Assembly: GCF_018350175.1 (NCBI RefSeq)
Contig: NC_058368.1
Span: forward strand, 9,300,001 to 9,364,000
Direction: 5' to 3'
Length of the DNA stretch: 64,000 nucleotides
DNA from: Felis catus
Lineage: Eukaryota
Each line of letters begins with the position of its first letter. Position 1 is the stretch's first letter. Under the pieces are notes generated by a model that was not told where the DNA came from, made no database searches, and saw only the letters and a list, made by a program, of their open reading frames with translations. Shown here one piece after another: positions 25,008-38,060 of the stretch. The translations under genes were made by a program, and so were the position numbers.

Positions 25008-26331
25008 GAGGATCACGTAGTATATGCTCAATAAATAACTTTGAAAAGGACAGCAAGAGGGCAGATGAAACTGGCATTTCCTCTTGATCTCTCTTAGCGA
25101 TGAGCCTGCTGGCATTTCATTCGCTATGCACGTGGCTAACTGGTTCTTTGAGTCTCTATCGAATCCATTTGATCAAAAGTATGTAATTTCATTCTGTCGT
25201 TAGCAATGAACAAATAACTTAAGAGCAAAGCAAGCAAGCACACAAACCCTCTCCCCCAAACGACAGACGCCTTGTCCTATCCCCAGACCTGTTGATATGC
25301 CAGAGCTGAGGTGGTCATGGATATCTGCGTGTTAAAAAGCTCCTCAGGGGACTTGGCATATAGGCCTCCGTTAAAGCAATCAGGTAGGCACTCCTGCAAA
25401 ATAGGAAAGAGACCTAAAACTGCAGAGGCTCGAACAGATGGGGTTGCATATTTCTCTCTTTTAATAATCCAGAGGTAGGTGGGCAATTCCAGGGCGGGCA
25501 GGTGACCGCCCTTCGGGCTGTCCCGGAGGCGGGCTCGACCACCAAGAGGGAGCCCCTATTCTATGTCAGTCTCCGGCCTAGGGAAGGGGGATCGGGAAAA
25601 AGGTAGCAGTGACCTGGAAGAGGCATACCTTCCCCTCACTCAGAAATAACCACACAGCCGTACCTTGCTGTTAAGCGGGGTGGGTGGCTGGGAGATGCAG
25701 TATTTGTCTGGGCCCCACAAGCTAGCTGGAGGTTGGGGAGGAGAGGGTGGGGACTGGGGACACAGTCGCAGCTGCTGTCTCAGGTGCCCAGGCCCTACCC
25801 CAGGCCAGCTAAGTCAGAGTCATGGCCAGTTCAACCCAGGTGTCAGGACTTTCAAAGTCCTTTCTACAAAGAACAGTTTTTGAGACCCGGAGGCCACAAA
25901 CTTCGTTTCCCAGGAGAGCATACAGAGATTTCTGGAAAGCTGGAACAGAGCTGTTGGCTCCTGGAGGTCCCAGCTGTCCCGAGTGGTCCACAGATGCAGT
26001 AATCCTGTCGTTTCCAATGTACAACCAGCCTGGACATAGCTCGAGCTCTGGCCTGTCATCTCTGTCTGGGTCTAGGTGAGCAGAGGTGTTACAGCCCACG
26101 CTATAAAACCCACTCAGACAAATTACCAGCCGGTGGCCTAAGGTGATCAGCAAGCTTTGCACACGCTTCTAGGGGAGGTGATAATGACGATAAACCCAAA
26201 GAACAAACTCTCGGAGAATAAGCCTGTCTAGAGGTATTGCAACGTGATGTTCGAGGGAGCCCTGACTCTGAGCCCAGCTCCCCCTAGCCATGGCCTCTTT
26301 CCTCGTCAGTAAAACAGAAACAGTGATAATC

Positions 26332-26562
26332 ACGGCTAACATTTACGGGGCACGTGCTGTGTGCCAATCATTTTTCTAGGTGCTTAATGGATAGCAACCA
26401 ATTTAATCTTCCTCCCGATCTTATAAGGCAAACACTAGTGTCTCGTCCTATTGTATCCACGAAGGAACTGAGCCACAGAGAGGTCGCATCCAAGGTTACA
26501 CAGCTAATAAGTGGCCAAGGCAGGATTTGAGCCCTGGTGGTCTGGCTTCAGGGTCCATGCTC
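26332..26562 (-). mobile_element. MIR
   Basis: GGAACTGAGCCACAGAGAGG...CCAAGGTTACACAGCTAATAAGTGG...GGATTTGAGCCC. Confidence 0.8.
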
Positions 26563-27219
26563 CCAGACTAGAGAGTAGCTTTAGGTCAGGGCTTTGTCGT
26601 GAGGAGTAAGTGGAATAACGGGTACCAGTCAAGTCTCGTTGCTCCTAGTAGATGTTCTTTAGAGGAGGCTACTCTTATGAAACTCACAAGTTGATCCGTA
26701 GCTGTTAAAATTAGGACGTCCGTTGTCCCAGGACCTAGCGGAGTGCCTAGGACATGGTAGGCACTCAGTGAAAATGAATAAAACGTAGAATTGTCTTCAG
26801 AATCCCTCTCTCCCTCTGTCTGTCTCTGCCTCTCTCCCTCTCTGTATCTCCCTGTCTCTCTCCTCTTCAGTGTCCTTGGCGTTTGGAGCCACACACGATT
26901 CCTTTGTGCTTCTGGGCTGGGAGAGGCAGCCGTCAGGGGACGCTCTGATAACCACCGTCTGGGCTCCAGCTGGTTCGCCCCTTGAGCTGTCGCTCGGCTC
27001 TCAGTGAAGGATTCCAGAGCAAACCTCCTCTCTCTGTGGTCCTGCCCACCCTTTCTGGGCACTCAATTTGGACACAGTCATTTATTTTGTTGCTTCTGTC
27101 TGAAACTTTACAAAATTACTCCCTTAGCTTCACCCAAAATACTATTTCTTGTCCTGAAATAGCATCTTACACGCTCACCAGGATTTTTTTCTCTTTCCTC
27201 TTCCTGGGCTGTAAAGTCC

Positions 27220-27244
27220 AAAAAAAAAAAAAAAAAAAAAAAAA
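27220..27244. repeat. Poly(A) run (A25)
   Basis: Direct read. Confidence 0.9.
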
Positions 27245-27892
27245 GGCACAACGTCATAAACCGTGGGAGCATTTTTAGACATTGTCTGGGCCTCGCCCCT
27301 CATTTGCTGAGGAGTCATCGGAGCCAGAGACAGGGAACCTTCCTCAGGGTGTCACTGGGGCCTCAGGGAGGGGCAGCCCTTGAATGCAGTGACCTGGACA
27401 ATCAGTCTAGCCTCGTTTCTCCGACTCAGGTCAGGTGAGAGGCACAGCCCGAGGGAAGTTGGTCTGCCCCTCTCCTCATGGCTGTGGCCCTTTGTTCCCC
27501 AACCCCCCCCAAACCCCATGCCTCATCTCAGCCCATCTGAAATATCGGGGTCCTCTGTCCTCTTTCCCCAACTCAGAATCAAGCATGACTCCTCCAAAGA
27601 AGAGGTGGTCAAGGAAATAGAACGAGATGCGACGTTTTTCCAATTAAACTGTTCCAGGAGGCTTTACTAAATCAGTGCTTTTTATTTGGTGTTTCAAATG
27701 TTGTTTCTCAGAGCCTCCCAGTGAGGGGTGTGGAAGCGGCTATCACCACCTCCCCCACAAAGCACAAAGAATCCAAGCTGCCACCTTCCTGAAGCTATTT
27801 TTATTGTTGAAGCTTTTCTGGGCCTAACATTATACTCAGGGTTAGTCAGAAGCCGTGGAGAACGCCTCTCGCTGTGCAACCCTGGGCTGCCC

Positions 27893-27993
27893 CAGAGCAC
27901 AGCTAGGCCGGAGGGGTCACTCCCCCTTCAGAGCACAGCTAGGCCGGAGGGGTCGCTCTCCCCTCAGAGCACAGGTAGGCCGGAGGGGTTGCC
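27893..27993. repeat. 36-bp GC-rich minisatellite, about 2.8 units
   Basis: CAGAGCACAGCTAGGCCGGAGGGGTC... units start at 27893, 27929 and 27965. Confidence 0.9.
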
Positions 27994-29043
27994 CCACGGG
28001 GCCGGGAGGCCTGGGGTGGCTGAGAACCGAGGGACACGCTATGGGGCAGGCCAAGCAACATGCCGACAGGGTAATGCCCCTCAGGATGTTGTGAGGGGCT
28101 GCTCACACCCGGGTTTCCCCCCTCTTTGCTCCCAGTACTATTGTTCTGAGTGCAGAATAGTGAGGCGAGACGGAAGACGGGTAAGAAAACAGGGTCCACA
28201 CCAAAGTGAAACCCAGGCCTCCTGACCCACCACCCGGCCCCCTGCCTTCCCGCATGGCAGGGATCGGTGCCATCTCAGGCCTGCTGGGCACTGTCGGGAC
28301 AGACTCGGGGGTGGGCAGGGGCTCTGGCAGAGTTTGGATGCATCGGGGATTAGGTTTGGGTAAAACTCACAGCACTGAAGCTGTACATCCAACCTTTTGT
28401 TGATTTTCCAAACTGAATTGTTTGTTATCTCCCACGAACCACGCTTCCGACAGAAGAGAGAAGATGCTTAACCCAGAGCACAGGAGCGTAAGAAACAGTT
28501 TTCTGTTAACGAGAGAGAGGCATCCGTGTCACGGGGGCTTATTCTCAAGCATCTGTTAGTTTGGGTGAGCCGCCCTGCAAGGCAAGGGAGAGACCCGTGC
28601 TGTTCCCGACGGCGCTGGTCCATCCGTGCAGGCTCCAAATACGTGAATTACGTTGAGACAGGTCACATTCCCACGTCTTCTGCTCCTCTCTCTTTCTGCT
28701 TTAAGCAGAGGGCTTTGGAGCCATCCCTGTTTGTGGGAGAATCTTTCGTCCTTGGTTTCACTCCCATCCTTAATAAAGGGAAAAAGCCAAATCAGTAATG
28801 ATACACAGAACCCTTTGCTACAACCCTCCTCCCTGAAGAAAAGCTAATTTGATTTTTGTTGCTGTTGTTGTCAATTTTAAATCAGGTATTGCTCAAAGTT
28901 GCTGCCGTCCCGCACATTAGCAGAGCCTGGGGAATTTAAAATAATCCTTCCACTGTGGGCATTGAGACTTAAACATCAGTATTTTTTCTTAACTCTCTAG
29001 ATGATTCCAAAAGACAACTGAGTAGAGAGCCAGTGACCTGAGC

Positions 29044-29207
29044 CAGTGTTTTCTCAGACTTCAGCGTCCATACGAGTCACCTCGGGACCCCAGTAAAGTA
29101 GACACGTTGATTCAGGAGGTCTGGGGGTGAGGTTCCAGAATCTGCAATTCCACCAGGCTCCCAGGTGATGCCAGTGAGGCCAGTCTACAGACCACACCTT
29201 GAACAGG
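29044..29207. mobile_element. MER5A (hAT-Charlie) MITE
   Basis: CAGTGTTTTCTCAGACTT...GATTCAGGAGGTCTGGGG...CTCCCAGGTGATGCC...GACCACACCTTGA. Confidence 0.75.
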
Positions 29208-29374
29208 TGAGGTCAAGGTATACTTGTTGGCCCCCAATGTCAAGTGATTCATGAGGGAATAGAAAATATTGAAGCATCTCAGGCAAAAGGAAGGCTTCCT
29301 TATGGCATAGGAAGGGAAGACAGTTCCCTCGAGGAACTTCCCCCAAGTTGTTAAGAAATGATTTTTTTTGGCCT

Positions 29375-29592
29375 GGGACACCTGGGTGGCTCAGTCGGTT
29401 AAGCGTCTGACTTCAGCTCAGGTCGTGATCTCATGGTTTGTGAGACAAGCCCCACATCAGGCTCCACACTGACAGTGTGGAACCTGCTTGGGATTCTCTC
29501 TCTCCCTCTCTCTCTGCCCCTCCCCAACTCACTTCCTCTCTCTCTCTCCCTCAAAATAAGCAAACAAAACTTTAAAAAATTAAAAAAAAAAC
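29375..29592 (+). mobile_element. CAN-SINE
   Basis: Head, CT tract and A tail. Confidence 0.93.
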
Positions 29593-29797
29593 AAAACGAT
29601 TTTTCGACTTCCTACATAGACGGTTTATAGAAGAATCTGGCCTTCCGTAATCCAGAACCTTCTAGACCAGAGGGACCTGGTAGGTCACAGGGGTCAGTGT
29701 TTCCCCAATCCGAGTTAATTATCAGAATCACCCAGGGAAGCCATCTAAAAATTTAGATTCCTGGGATCTGCCTGAATAGCCTCTCACTAAACATATT

Positions 29798-30015
29798 ATT
29801 ATTATTATTATTATTTTTTAATGTTAATTTTTTTATTTTTGAGAGAGACAGAGAGTGCGAGCAGGGGAGGTGCAGAGAGAGAAAAGGGAATAGAAGATCC
29901 GAAGCGGGCTCCATGCTGACAGCAGAGAGCCTGAGACAGGGCTCGAACTCACGAACCATGAGATCGCGACCTGAGCCAAAGTCGAAGGCTTGACCGACTG
30001 AGCCCCCAGACGCCT
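29798..30015 (-). mobile_element. CAN-SINE with (ATT)n tail
   Basis: TSD CTAAACATATT (29787-29797 / 30016-30026). Confidence 0.93.
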
Positions 30016-30894
30016 CTAAACATATTTTTCAATAGTCAATTTAAGTTCTGATAGATTTGGGACCCCTGCTAGAGCAGGCCACCCTTCCTTCCTTCCTTCT
30101 TTCCTTCCTTCCTTCCACCCCAGGCCCCACTTCCTGCTTCCTCACACATTCACATTTTATGGGAGGTGGATGAGGCTGCCCCAGGCAAGGGCTTCTTTGC
30201 AACAACGTGGGTACTTCCTGCCGCAAGAGGAAAAAAATCTGAGTGCTAGACAGACCTTCTTAAGGGTCACAGCCATTTGAGGACCCAGATTCTGGCTGAT
30301 AAATCCAGGCTAGGAGTCCGCCTTTGCTTTTCTGGACAGACAGGTTAATTTGATGAGACAGTAAAGCCAACAGGCAGGTATATAGATAGCTAATAAAAAA
30401 GGCCGCTTGACCCGACTGGAGGAGAAGGAGATTTGTGCTTGTCTAGACAGCCATACCCACTTGGAGAAGAGGAGCCTCATATCCCCTCTGGCTGGGCACC
30501 TACCCCTCCAGTTTACCTGGGTTCTGGCCCTGGTGGGGGTTTGCTCTCCTTATACGATTCTCCTGGGATCCTTAGGCCCGTTCAAAGACAGAGGGCAAAG
30601 ATTTTGAAAGCCTCATGACAAATTACAGTCACGGTCCTAACCTATGAGTAGAAATGCTTCTGCGGGCCCCACTGGGACTTCCCCCAAGCCTTCCAGCTTT
30701 GTGTCGTGAGGGTCCTCTGCTTCCACATGTCTATGTCATGCCTGGCTCTGCTCACATGGAACATACAAGGGAGTTGCTGATGCCGCGTCTGTTTGGTACC
30801 TAACACCCAGACCTGGTGCCTGGATGCCCCCATCCCGGCCAGGAACACCACCTGAGTAGGACTGAGATTGTGCCATAATTGCTCACTCGTGCGA

Positions 30895-31109
30895 TTTTTT
30901 TTTTAATGCTTACTTAGTCATTTTGAGAGAGAGAGAGAGAGAGAGCACGCACGTATGTAAGTGGGGGGAAGGGCAGAGAGAGAATCCCAAGCAGGCTCCT
31001 CGCTCAGTGGGGTGCTGGATGCCGGGCTCGATCTCACAAACCGTGAGATCATGACCTGAGCCGGAATCAAGAGTCAGACACCTAACCCACTGAACCACCC
31101 AGGGGCCCC
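30895..31109 (-). mobile_element. CAN-SINE
   Basis: Reverse head CCACCCAGGGGCCCC, GA tract. Confidence 0.92.
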
Positions 31110-31229
31110 TCTTGTGACTTTTCTTAACCAATAGGCTTGGAGTGCCTGAGATTTTTTTTTTCGTTAAAAAATATTTATTAGGCATAAATACTCATTTTAA
31201 GTCTTAGTACGTATTTAATCATTCATCCA

Positions 31230-31460
31230 TATATTTATTTTCTGAGCACACACAATGTATCAGTAAACACGATGTATCTGTATGTTTCGATGCCACGATC
31301 CTATTAGGTGGGTATGATTGTCTTCATTTTTCATATAAAGAGTCTGAAATTCAGAGATTATGAGCTACTTTTTCAACATCACACTTCCAGAAAGCCGTTT
31401 AACTGAGGTTTGAACCCCGATCTCTCAGGCTTCTGAACACCTTGTCCTTCCCTCACATCG
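31230..31460 (-). mobile_element. MIR
   Basis: Degenerate core and GGTTTGAACCCC B-box-like segment. Confidence 0.55.
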
Positions 31461-31542
31461 GATTGCCTAAAACCAAGAGCCTCTCTCCTTTTGGAGATTG
31501 AGGAAGGTAGCTAATTGTAAAAATTCCTTGTAATTTTTTTTT

Positions 31543-31763
31543 AATGTTTGTTTATTTTTGAGAGACAGAGAGAGAGAGAGAGAGAGACAGAGCATGAGTG
31601 GGGGAGGAGCAGAGAGAGAGGAAGGCACAGAATCCGAAGCAGGTTCCAGGCTCTGAGCCATCAGCACAGAGCCTGACGTGGCAGGGTTCGAACCCACGAA
31701 CCTTAAGATCATGACCCGAGCTGAAGTCTGGTGCTTCATCGACGGAGCCAGCCAGGCATCCCC
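31543..31763 (-). mobile_element. CAN-SINE
   Basis: TSD GTAATTTTTTTTT. Confidence 0.93.
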
Positions 31764-34454
31764 GTAATTTTTTTTTTTTTTATTAAAGATCCTTATTTGG
31801 CAAAGACATGGTCAAGCTGAAAGATATACCACCAATCGAAGCTAGTCTCAACTCATGCCATCTTGCCATTCATAATTCACTGCACACTCATACATCGGTG
31901 AGTTAAAATCTGTGCGTATTATTTTTCTGAAAAGCCTTCCTTGAGCCTCCAGTGCAAATCAGGGCCCACCTTCCATTATTACATAGCCACTTTATTTCCT
32001 CCTCCCTGCACAGACTGCATCCCTGGCAGTGTGACACATGCTGGCAGGCACAGCGCTGCCTGTGGCCAACTTAGGGATGGACGGAGGGACGGGATGACAG
32101 GAGTCACTTGCTGTATACTCCTTTGGGAAGTATTTATACCTCCAGGTTGTGGGTCTATTTCTCTAAAATAAACTCATTCGGAATCATTTTAGATTTGTAG
32201 AGAAGTTGCAAAGATAGTAGAGTTCTCACTCAGTTTCCCCCACTGTTAACATCTACCTTACTATGGCTCATTACAATGTCAGGCTCATTACAATGTCAGG
32301 TACATTTAAAAAGCGAGGATTTGTCTTTTCCTGTGCAGTGGGGGTAACCGCCGGTCACGCAGCCAGAAGGCTCGAGTCTCGGGAGCGTTGGTCGGAGTTG
32401 ACCCTCGTAATCTCCGTTTTCCCAGGGCACCAGGAGGATAACGGGATGGTCTTGCCAGGGTTTCTGGGGAGGATTAAAAAAGACCATGTCCGTGAAAGCC
32501 CCCAGGATGCTGCGTGGCACACTTTTGAATATGAACCTCTGAAATCTGCCTTGCAACAGAAGTTTCCATCAGGCTGTGTTTAAAGCGTGCTGGGGTTTCC
32601 TATGCATGTTACTCTGCATGCCATCCCCCCCCCCCCCCACAAGGCTGAGCCCTGCTTGCTTGATACACTCTCTACGTTCGTCTCCCTCCTCCTTCCTTCC
32701 CTCGTGCTCTCCCAATAAATACCGTTTGACGAATTCAGGCCAAGAGCAGTGGCTCTCAACAGAGATATTGTTTCCTCTTCTGGATTGCATCTGTCAAAGT
32801 TGCTGGCCAACCCAGGTGGTCCCAGCCAAGCCGAAGGGTTGACACTGATGTGCGGCCCATGCATCCTGAATTCTTAAGCAGAAGAGACACATTGAACCTG
32901 AAGAGATGGCCAAGGTGGTACAGAGTTGAAACCGTTTCCAAATCCGCCCTGTTACTGGTAGAGAGAGGAAGGGAAGGGGGAAGCGAGGGGGGGCTGGGTA
33001 GGGGATAGAAGGCGCAAAAACAGACATAATTAGAAAATTTGGGCTCTGACATTTTCCTCACCCCCCCCCCCCGACTTACTTGACGTCCCCGGAGCTAGAC
33101 GCCGAGCTGACACGTGTGTTTTCAGAAATGAGTAGGATACGTGAACACTTCAGAATTAAAATGACAGTCTTGAAGTGCACGTTCGGTGACTGAGGCCGCC
33201 TGCGTCTGCTCTCACACAGATGCCCTCTGAAAGAGGTACCTCCTTTGGGCACATCTCACCTCGCCCACGAACGTCCTGGAAGCCAGCAGATGCCCGAAGG
33301 GAACATGGCTTGGGGCTGTGCCTGCGTAATGAGACTTCACTTTAAGGCATTCTTTCTTGTTTATCCCAGTCCATTAAGAAGATTCCACTCCAAGTGAGTA
33401 GTTGCTGACCCTATTAAAAACTGTCTATATTCCTTAATTAGCACAAAAGAACTTGAAATAAAATATTTACATACTGCTCTTTCTTTTTCTTTCCTTTTTT
33501 TTTTTTGTAAGGAGAATGGGGTTGTCCTTTGATGCCTGCTTTTCCTTGCGTGCCCAGATTTTTAATTGGACCACTCCCTGCATTTTGGGTCTTTGGCTGC
33601 AAGGCCATGTGGGTGGAGGAAGGCTGGGGTGTCTCCTCAGCCAGGCAAAGCAGACGGCCAGAAGTCGTAGGAAAGCGATCTTTCTGAAACGGGAGAAATA
33701 AGACAGGGAAAGACTGTAAAACTCCCACTGGCGGCTGCCTTTCGACTAGGGTGTAAAAAGAACTGCTCTCAGCCACCTTTGGAGGAAGAGAACTAGGAGC
33801 AAAAGGTTACGCGCCAGCGTTTTGAAGAGAACGATGGCTAATCGTAAAAAATTATCACACATAGAATGTTCTAGAAATCTAGGTAGGTGCCCCCCCCCCA
33901 TTAAATACAGTTTGAAATAAACCAAGGTTTATGGAGGTTTATTGTGAACCAAGATGTTCCTACGTGCTACCTGTTGAAATGAGGGTTCGCCTATACTCTG
34001 GCAGAAGTAGAAAATAGAGCCGTTTCTTGGCACATCTAACTACCAGTAGGTAGGAAAGGGCTTTGAGCGTCAGCACGGTGTTTTGGGTGCTTGTGTCTTC
34101 ATTCCTTCTGGGCGGATGCAAACTCTTGCGGACAGGCTCTCATGCGTTCACTGTGCTCTCTCCTTCCCCTTTTCAGCTCTAATTTTCCCTCCTTTTGCCC
34201 TTTCATTTCTGGAAGGCCCCGTGCTCTACAGAGAAAGGTAAAAAGCAGGGATGGAGGGGCAGGGATGGTCAAGGGTCGAGGTTCAAAGGAAGGACTCAGA
34301 AGAAAGGAGAGAGTTGGTAAGAACAGCGTTGGCCTAGGAGTTAAGAAAGTGAGCTTGAGGCTCAGGTCTGGCACTAAACTACAGCCACAGTGATGATGGT
34401 AATTTAAAATATGAATAGCGCTTACTATATATTGAGCATTATTTGAAGCACTTT

Positions 34455-34588
34455 TGTTTGTTTTGTTTTTGTTTTTAGAGGGGGGGAGGGAGTGCAAACT
34501 GGAGAGAGGAGCGGAGGGAGAGAATCTTTTTTTTTTTAAGTTTTTATACCTTTTATTTTTTATTTTTTAAAATTTATTTTATTTTTGT

Positions 34589-34627
<39 letters not shown>

Positions 34628-34735
34628 TTTTCAGAGAGAGAGAATCCTAAGCAAGCTCCCCGCTCAGCATGGAGCCTGATGCGGGGCTCGATCCCCCAAC
34701 CCTGGGATCACGACCGAGGCACCCAGGTGCCCCCT
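34455..34735 (-). mobile_element. CAN-SINE with a nested tail-only insertion and an internal deletion
   Basis: Outer TSD TGAAGC(A/G)CTTT; inner AT-rich insert 34528-34633. Confidence 0.8.
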
Positions 34736-34873
34736 GAAGCGCTTTAAATTAACCAGTGCGGATGAAGGAGGTGGATGCAATTGTGCCCATATTACAGACG
34801 AGGACACTATAGATCGGCCCTGCATTTTAGCAGAATGTAAGAACCACACTAAGGTGCTTGAAAAATAAGTCAG

Positions 34874-35233
34874 ACGTGGGTGAACCTGGGAGGCATTATG
34901 CTAAGTCAAATGAGCCAGACATGGAAGGAGGAGTGCTGTGTGATTCCACTCGTATGAGGTAAGTGGAAAAGCCAAATTCACAGAGACGGAGGGTTGAATG
35001 GTAGTTGCCAGGGAACGGGGGCGGGGGAAGTGGGAGTCCTCGTTGCGTGGGTTACAGAGTCTATGTTTTGTAAGACAAGACAGCTCTGGAGACGGGTGGC
35101 CGTGATGGTCACACAACACTGTGAATGTGCTCCATGCTGCTGAACAGCGCACCAAAGAATGGCTGAAATGGTAAGTTTTAGGTTACGTCTATTTTACCGC
35201 AATAGAAAAGGAAATAAATGAATAAATAGAAAA
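34874..35233 (+). mobile_element. L1MB3-like 3' end
   Basis: CATTATGCTAAGTCAAATGAGCCAG...GATTCCACTCGTATGAGG...ATTTTACCGCAAT plus A-rich tail. Confidence 0.8.
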
Positions 35234-35327
35234 GATTCTTACTATTCATTTGTGACTTTATAAGATACGCATGTGTTTGAAAATTAAATGCAGAGAAGAA
35301 CAATCAAATTAAAATAATGCAATTCTG

Positions 35328-35510
35328 GGGGTGCCTGGGTGGCTCAGTTGGTTAAGCGTCGGACTCTTGGTTTCAGCTCAGGTTATGACCTCATGGTTTG
35401 TGGGTTCAAGCCCTGCATCCAGCTCTACGCTGGCAGTGCGGAGCTTGCTGGAGATTCTCTCTCTGCCCTCTCCCCTCTCTCTCTCTCTCTCAAAAATAAA
35501 GAAACTTTTT
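35328..35510 (+). mobile_element. CAN-SINE
   Basis: Head GGGGTGCCTGGGTGGCTCAG, CT tract. Confidence 0.92.
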
Positions 35511-35695
35511 TTTAATGTTTATTTATTTTTGAGAGAGTGCAGGTGGGGGAGGGGTAGAGAGAGGGGGACAAAGAATCCCAAGCCGGCTCCTTGCTGACAG
35601 CAGTGAGCCCGACGTGGGGCTCGAACCCACAAACTTCGAGGTCATGACCTAAGCCTACGTCGGACGCTCAACTGACTGAGCCACCCAGGCACCCC
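35511..35695 (-). mobile_element. CAN-SINE inserted antisense into the tail of the previous SINE
   Basis: TSD-like TAAAGAAACTTTTT / TAAATAAACATTTTT. Confidence 0.92.
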
Positions 35696-36961
35696 TAAAT
35701 AAACATTTTTTTAAATGTTAAACATTTTTTACCAGGAAGACCTGACTATAATTATGATTTCTATCCAATCTTTTTCTTTGTGTTCATCTACCTATCTGGC
35801 TCTCTCCTGTATATATAGCAATGCAAATGTTTGAGTTCACACTATAGAAGCAGTTATTCATTTTACTTTCTTTCACTTGACATTATATGATGAGCATTTT
35901 CCAAGCAATTAAAATTTATCTCTAAACATAATGGTAATGGCCGCACACCAGCTCAGGCATGCTCTCATTTATTTAGCCCTCCTTCTGTTTTTGGACATTT
36001 AGGTTTTTGCAATTTTCTGCTTTGTAAATAGCTTTACAGCAGTCCTCCTAATGTGCTCATCTTGGCCTTGCCTCTGATTATTTCCTCAGCCCAGCCTTCT
36101 AGAAACAGAGCTACGGGGTCAAAGGACAAGTCAATATTCAAAAAGCCTTTTTACTAATTCTGCATATGTGTTGCGTGTGTGTGCGTGTGCGCGTGCGTGT
36201 TTGAACTAGTTTCGGAAGTCCTCCACCTGCCCTTTGTTCCTTTGGAGACCTGGATTCTCAACTTCTTTCCACCATTGCTGGCTGAGTGGTCCTCAGTTTC
36301 CTGCTCCCTGGAAACTACCTTTAGGGAACACATGTTTGAACTCTGCTCACCCCCTTCGTCCAAAGCTAGAGATCTGAGCAAAGGAGGTCAGCGGGGCAAA
36401 GTGAATTATACAGGGTCTGAGGTTTTGTTTGGGTAAACATGGCTGCTATCACAGAGGAAGGTGTGAGGTTAGGGCAGAGCTCAGTCCCCAGGGCTGTGCA
36501 CTGAAGCATTCGGCAAGCTTCCTGCTTTGTAAGAACAAGGAAAGAGAAAGCTTGCTCACGCTTCCTTGACTGCTGGAAACGAGTGGTTAAATGTAGCCTG
36601 GGCCACCCTGGCCTTTGGGCCTCTCTGCATTATGTCACTTACTCCTAAGTCATGCACCAGCCCCAACCCTCATAGGGGAAACGGTCAATCTCTGATCCCC
36701 CAGGCGATTTTTGGTTTCAGAAACCCTTCTTGCGGTTTTTCATCAGGGTCTGCTGACCTTTTTCTCATTCTGTTAACTCCACTTCTCCTCTGTGACTCCT
36801 TTCCAACCCCTCAGATCTCCGCTCAAATGTGATTTCCACGTGGAAGCTTTGGTGACCCTCTCAAACGAGATCAACGCCCCAATGTGCTTGTTGTCACAGT
36901 GTGAGTCAAAGTTTGTTATTACACTAAGTTGAGTACTCATTTGATTCACGTATTATTTAAT

Positions 36962-38060
36962 GCTTTCATTCAACAAATATTTTCTAAGTGGCCTCTGTGT
37001 GCCAGGAACTGTACTGTTTGTGGGGATTGCAGAGATGAGCAAAACCAGATTTGGTTCCTTTCCTTGTGGAGTTTATAGTCCAGTGGGAAGAAAACAAATA
37101 AAAATTGGATTCCGGGGGCGCCTGGGTGGCGCAGTCGGTTAAGCGTCCGACTTCAGCCAGGTCACGATCTCGCGGTCCGTTAGTTCGAGCCCCATGTCGG
37201 GCTCTGGGCTGATGGCTCAGAGCCTGGAGCCTGTTTCCGATTCTGTGTCTCCCTCTCTCTCTGCCCCTCCCCCGTTCATGCTCTGTCTCTCTCTGTCCCA
37301 AAAATAAATAAAAAACATTGAAAAAAAAAATTAAAAAAAAAATCGGATTCCGATGTTCAATAAGTGTTATAAAAAAGGGAACGAAGCAGGTGGCAATGAC
37401 AAAGATTGGTGGAGGGCCCCAGTCAGACAGAGCAACCATGAAGACGGGAATGGTGAGAGGAGAGAATCGTGGGGAGAGCCAGGAAGAAAGAAGGAGGCAC
37501 AGGGAAGGCACCGAACCCGGGCATCTGGGGCATCTGAGGAACTGGAAGGCATGGAGGGAAGTTTTTGTGTGTTCGGGGAGAGGGACACGAGATGGGGGAA
37601 GACAGGTGGACAGGATCGGGGTGGGCTGATGGAGAAGGGCAGGAAAGCAGGGCCAAGCAGCTGAGTGGCCGAAAAGTGTCCATGGGAGTTGACAACATGG
37701 CAGTTGGTAAGGACCTTAACAACATTTTCCGACAGCAGCCAGATGGCAGGAGGTTGAGGAGGAAGCGGATGGTGAGAACTTAGAAACTATGCGCGTAAGA
37801 AGAGAAGTTTAGAGCCGTGCAAAGGCATACAAAAGATTGGGTGGGCCAATGGAGTAAATGAAGTCAGTTTCCCTGATTTTCTTTTTTTCTTTTTTCTTTT
37901 TCTTTTTTTGGATGGGAGATGGTCGAGCATGTTTATAAGCTGTGGGGATGACTCAGCTCCGAGAGGCAATAAATGGGGAGCTTAGTCCTTGAGAAGATAG
38001 GATGGGATGGGATCCAGAACAGAGATGAATAGATAAGGCTTTTAGAGGAGGAGAGCCACC
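36962..38060 (-). mobile_element. L2 fragment interrupted by a SINE
   Basis: TTCATTCAACAAATATTT...TGTGCCAGGAACTGTACT reverse L2 3' end; purine-rich body. Confidence 0.6.
37115..37337 (+). mobile_element. CAN-SINE, young SINEC_Fc
   Basis: TSD AAAAAT(T/C)GGATTCCG (37100-37114 / 37338-37352). Confidence 0.97.

Noticed and set aside
27893..27993. 36-bp direct repeats as a CRISPR array
   Set aside because: Contiguous tandem units with no unique spacers and no cas genes, in a mammalian context.
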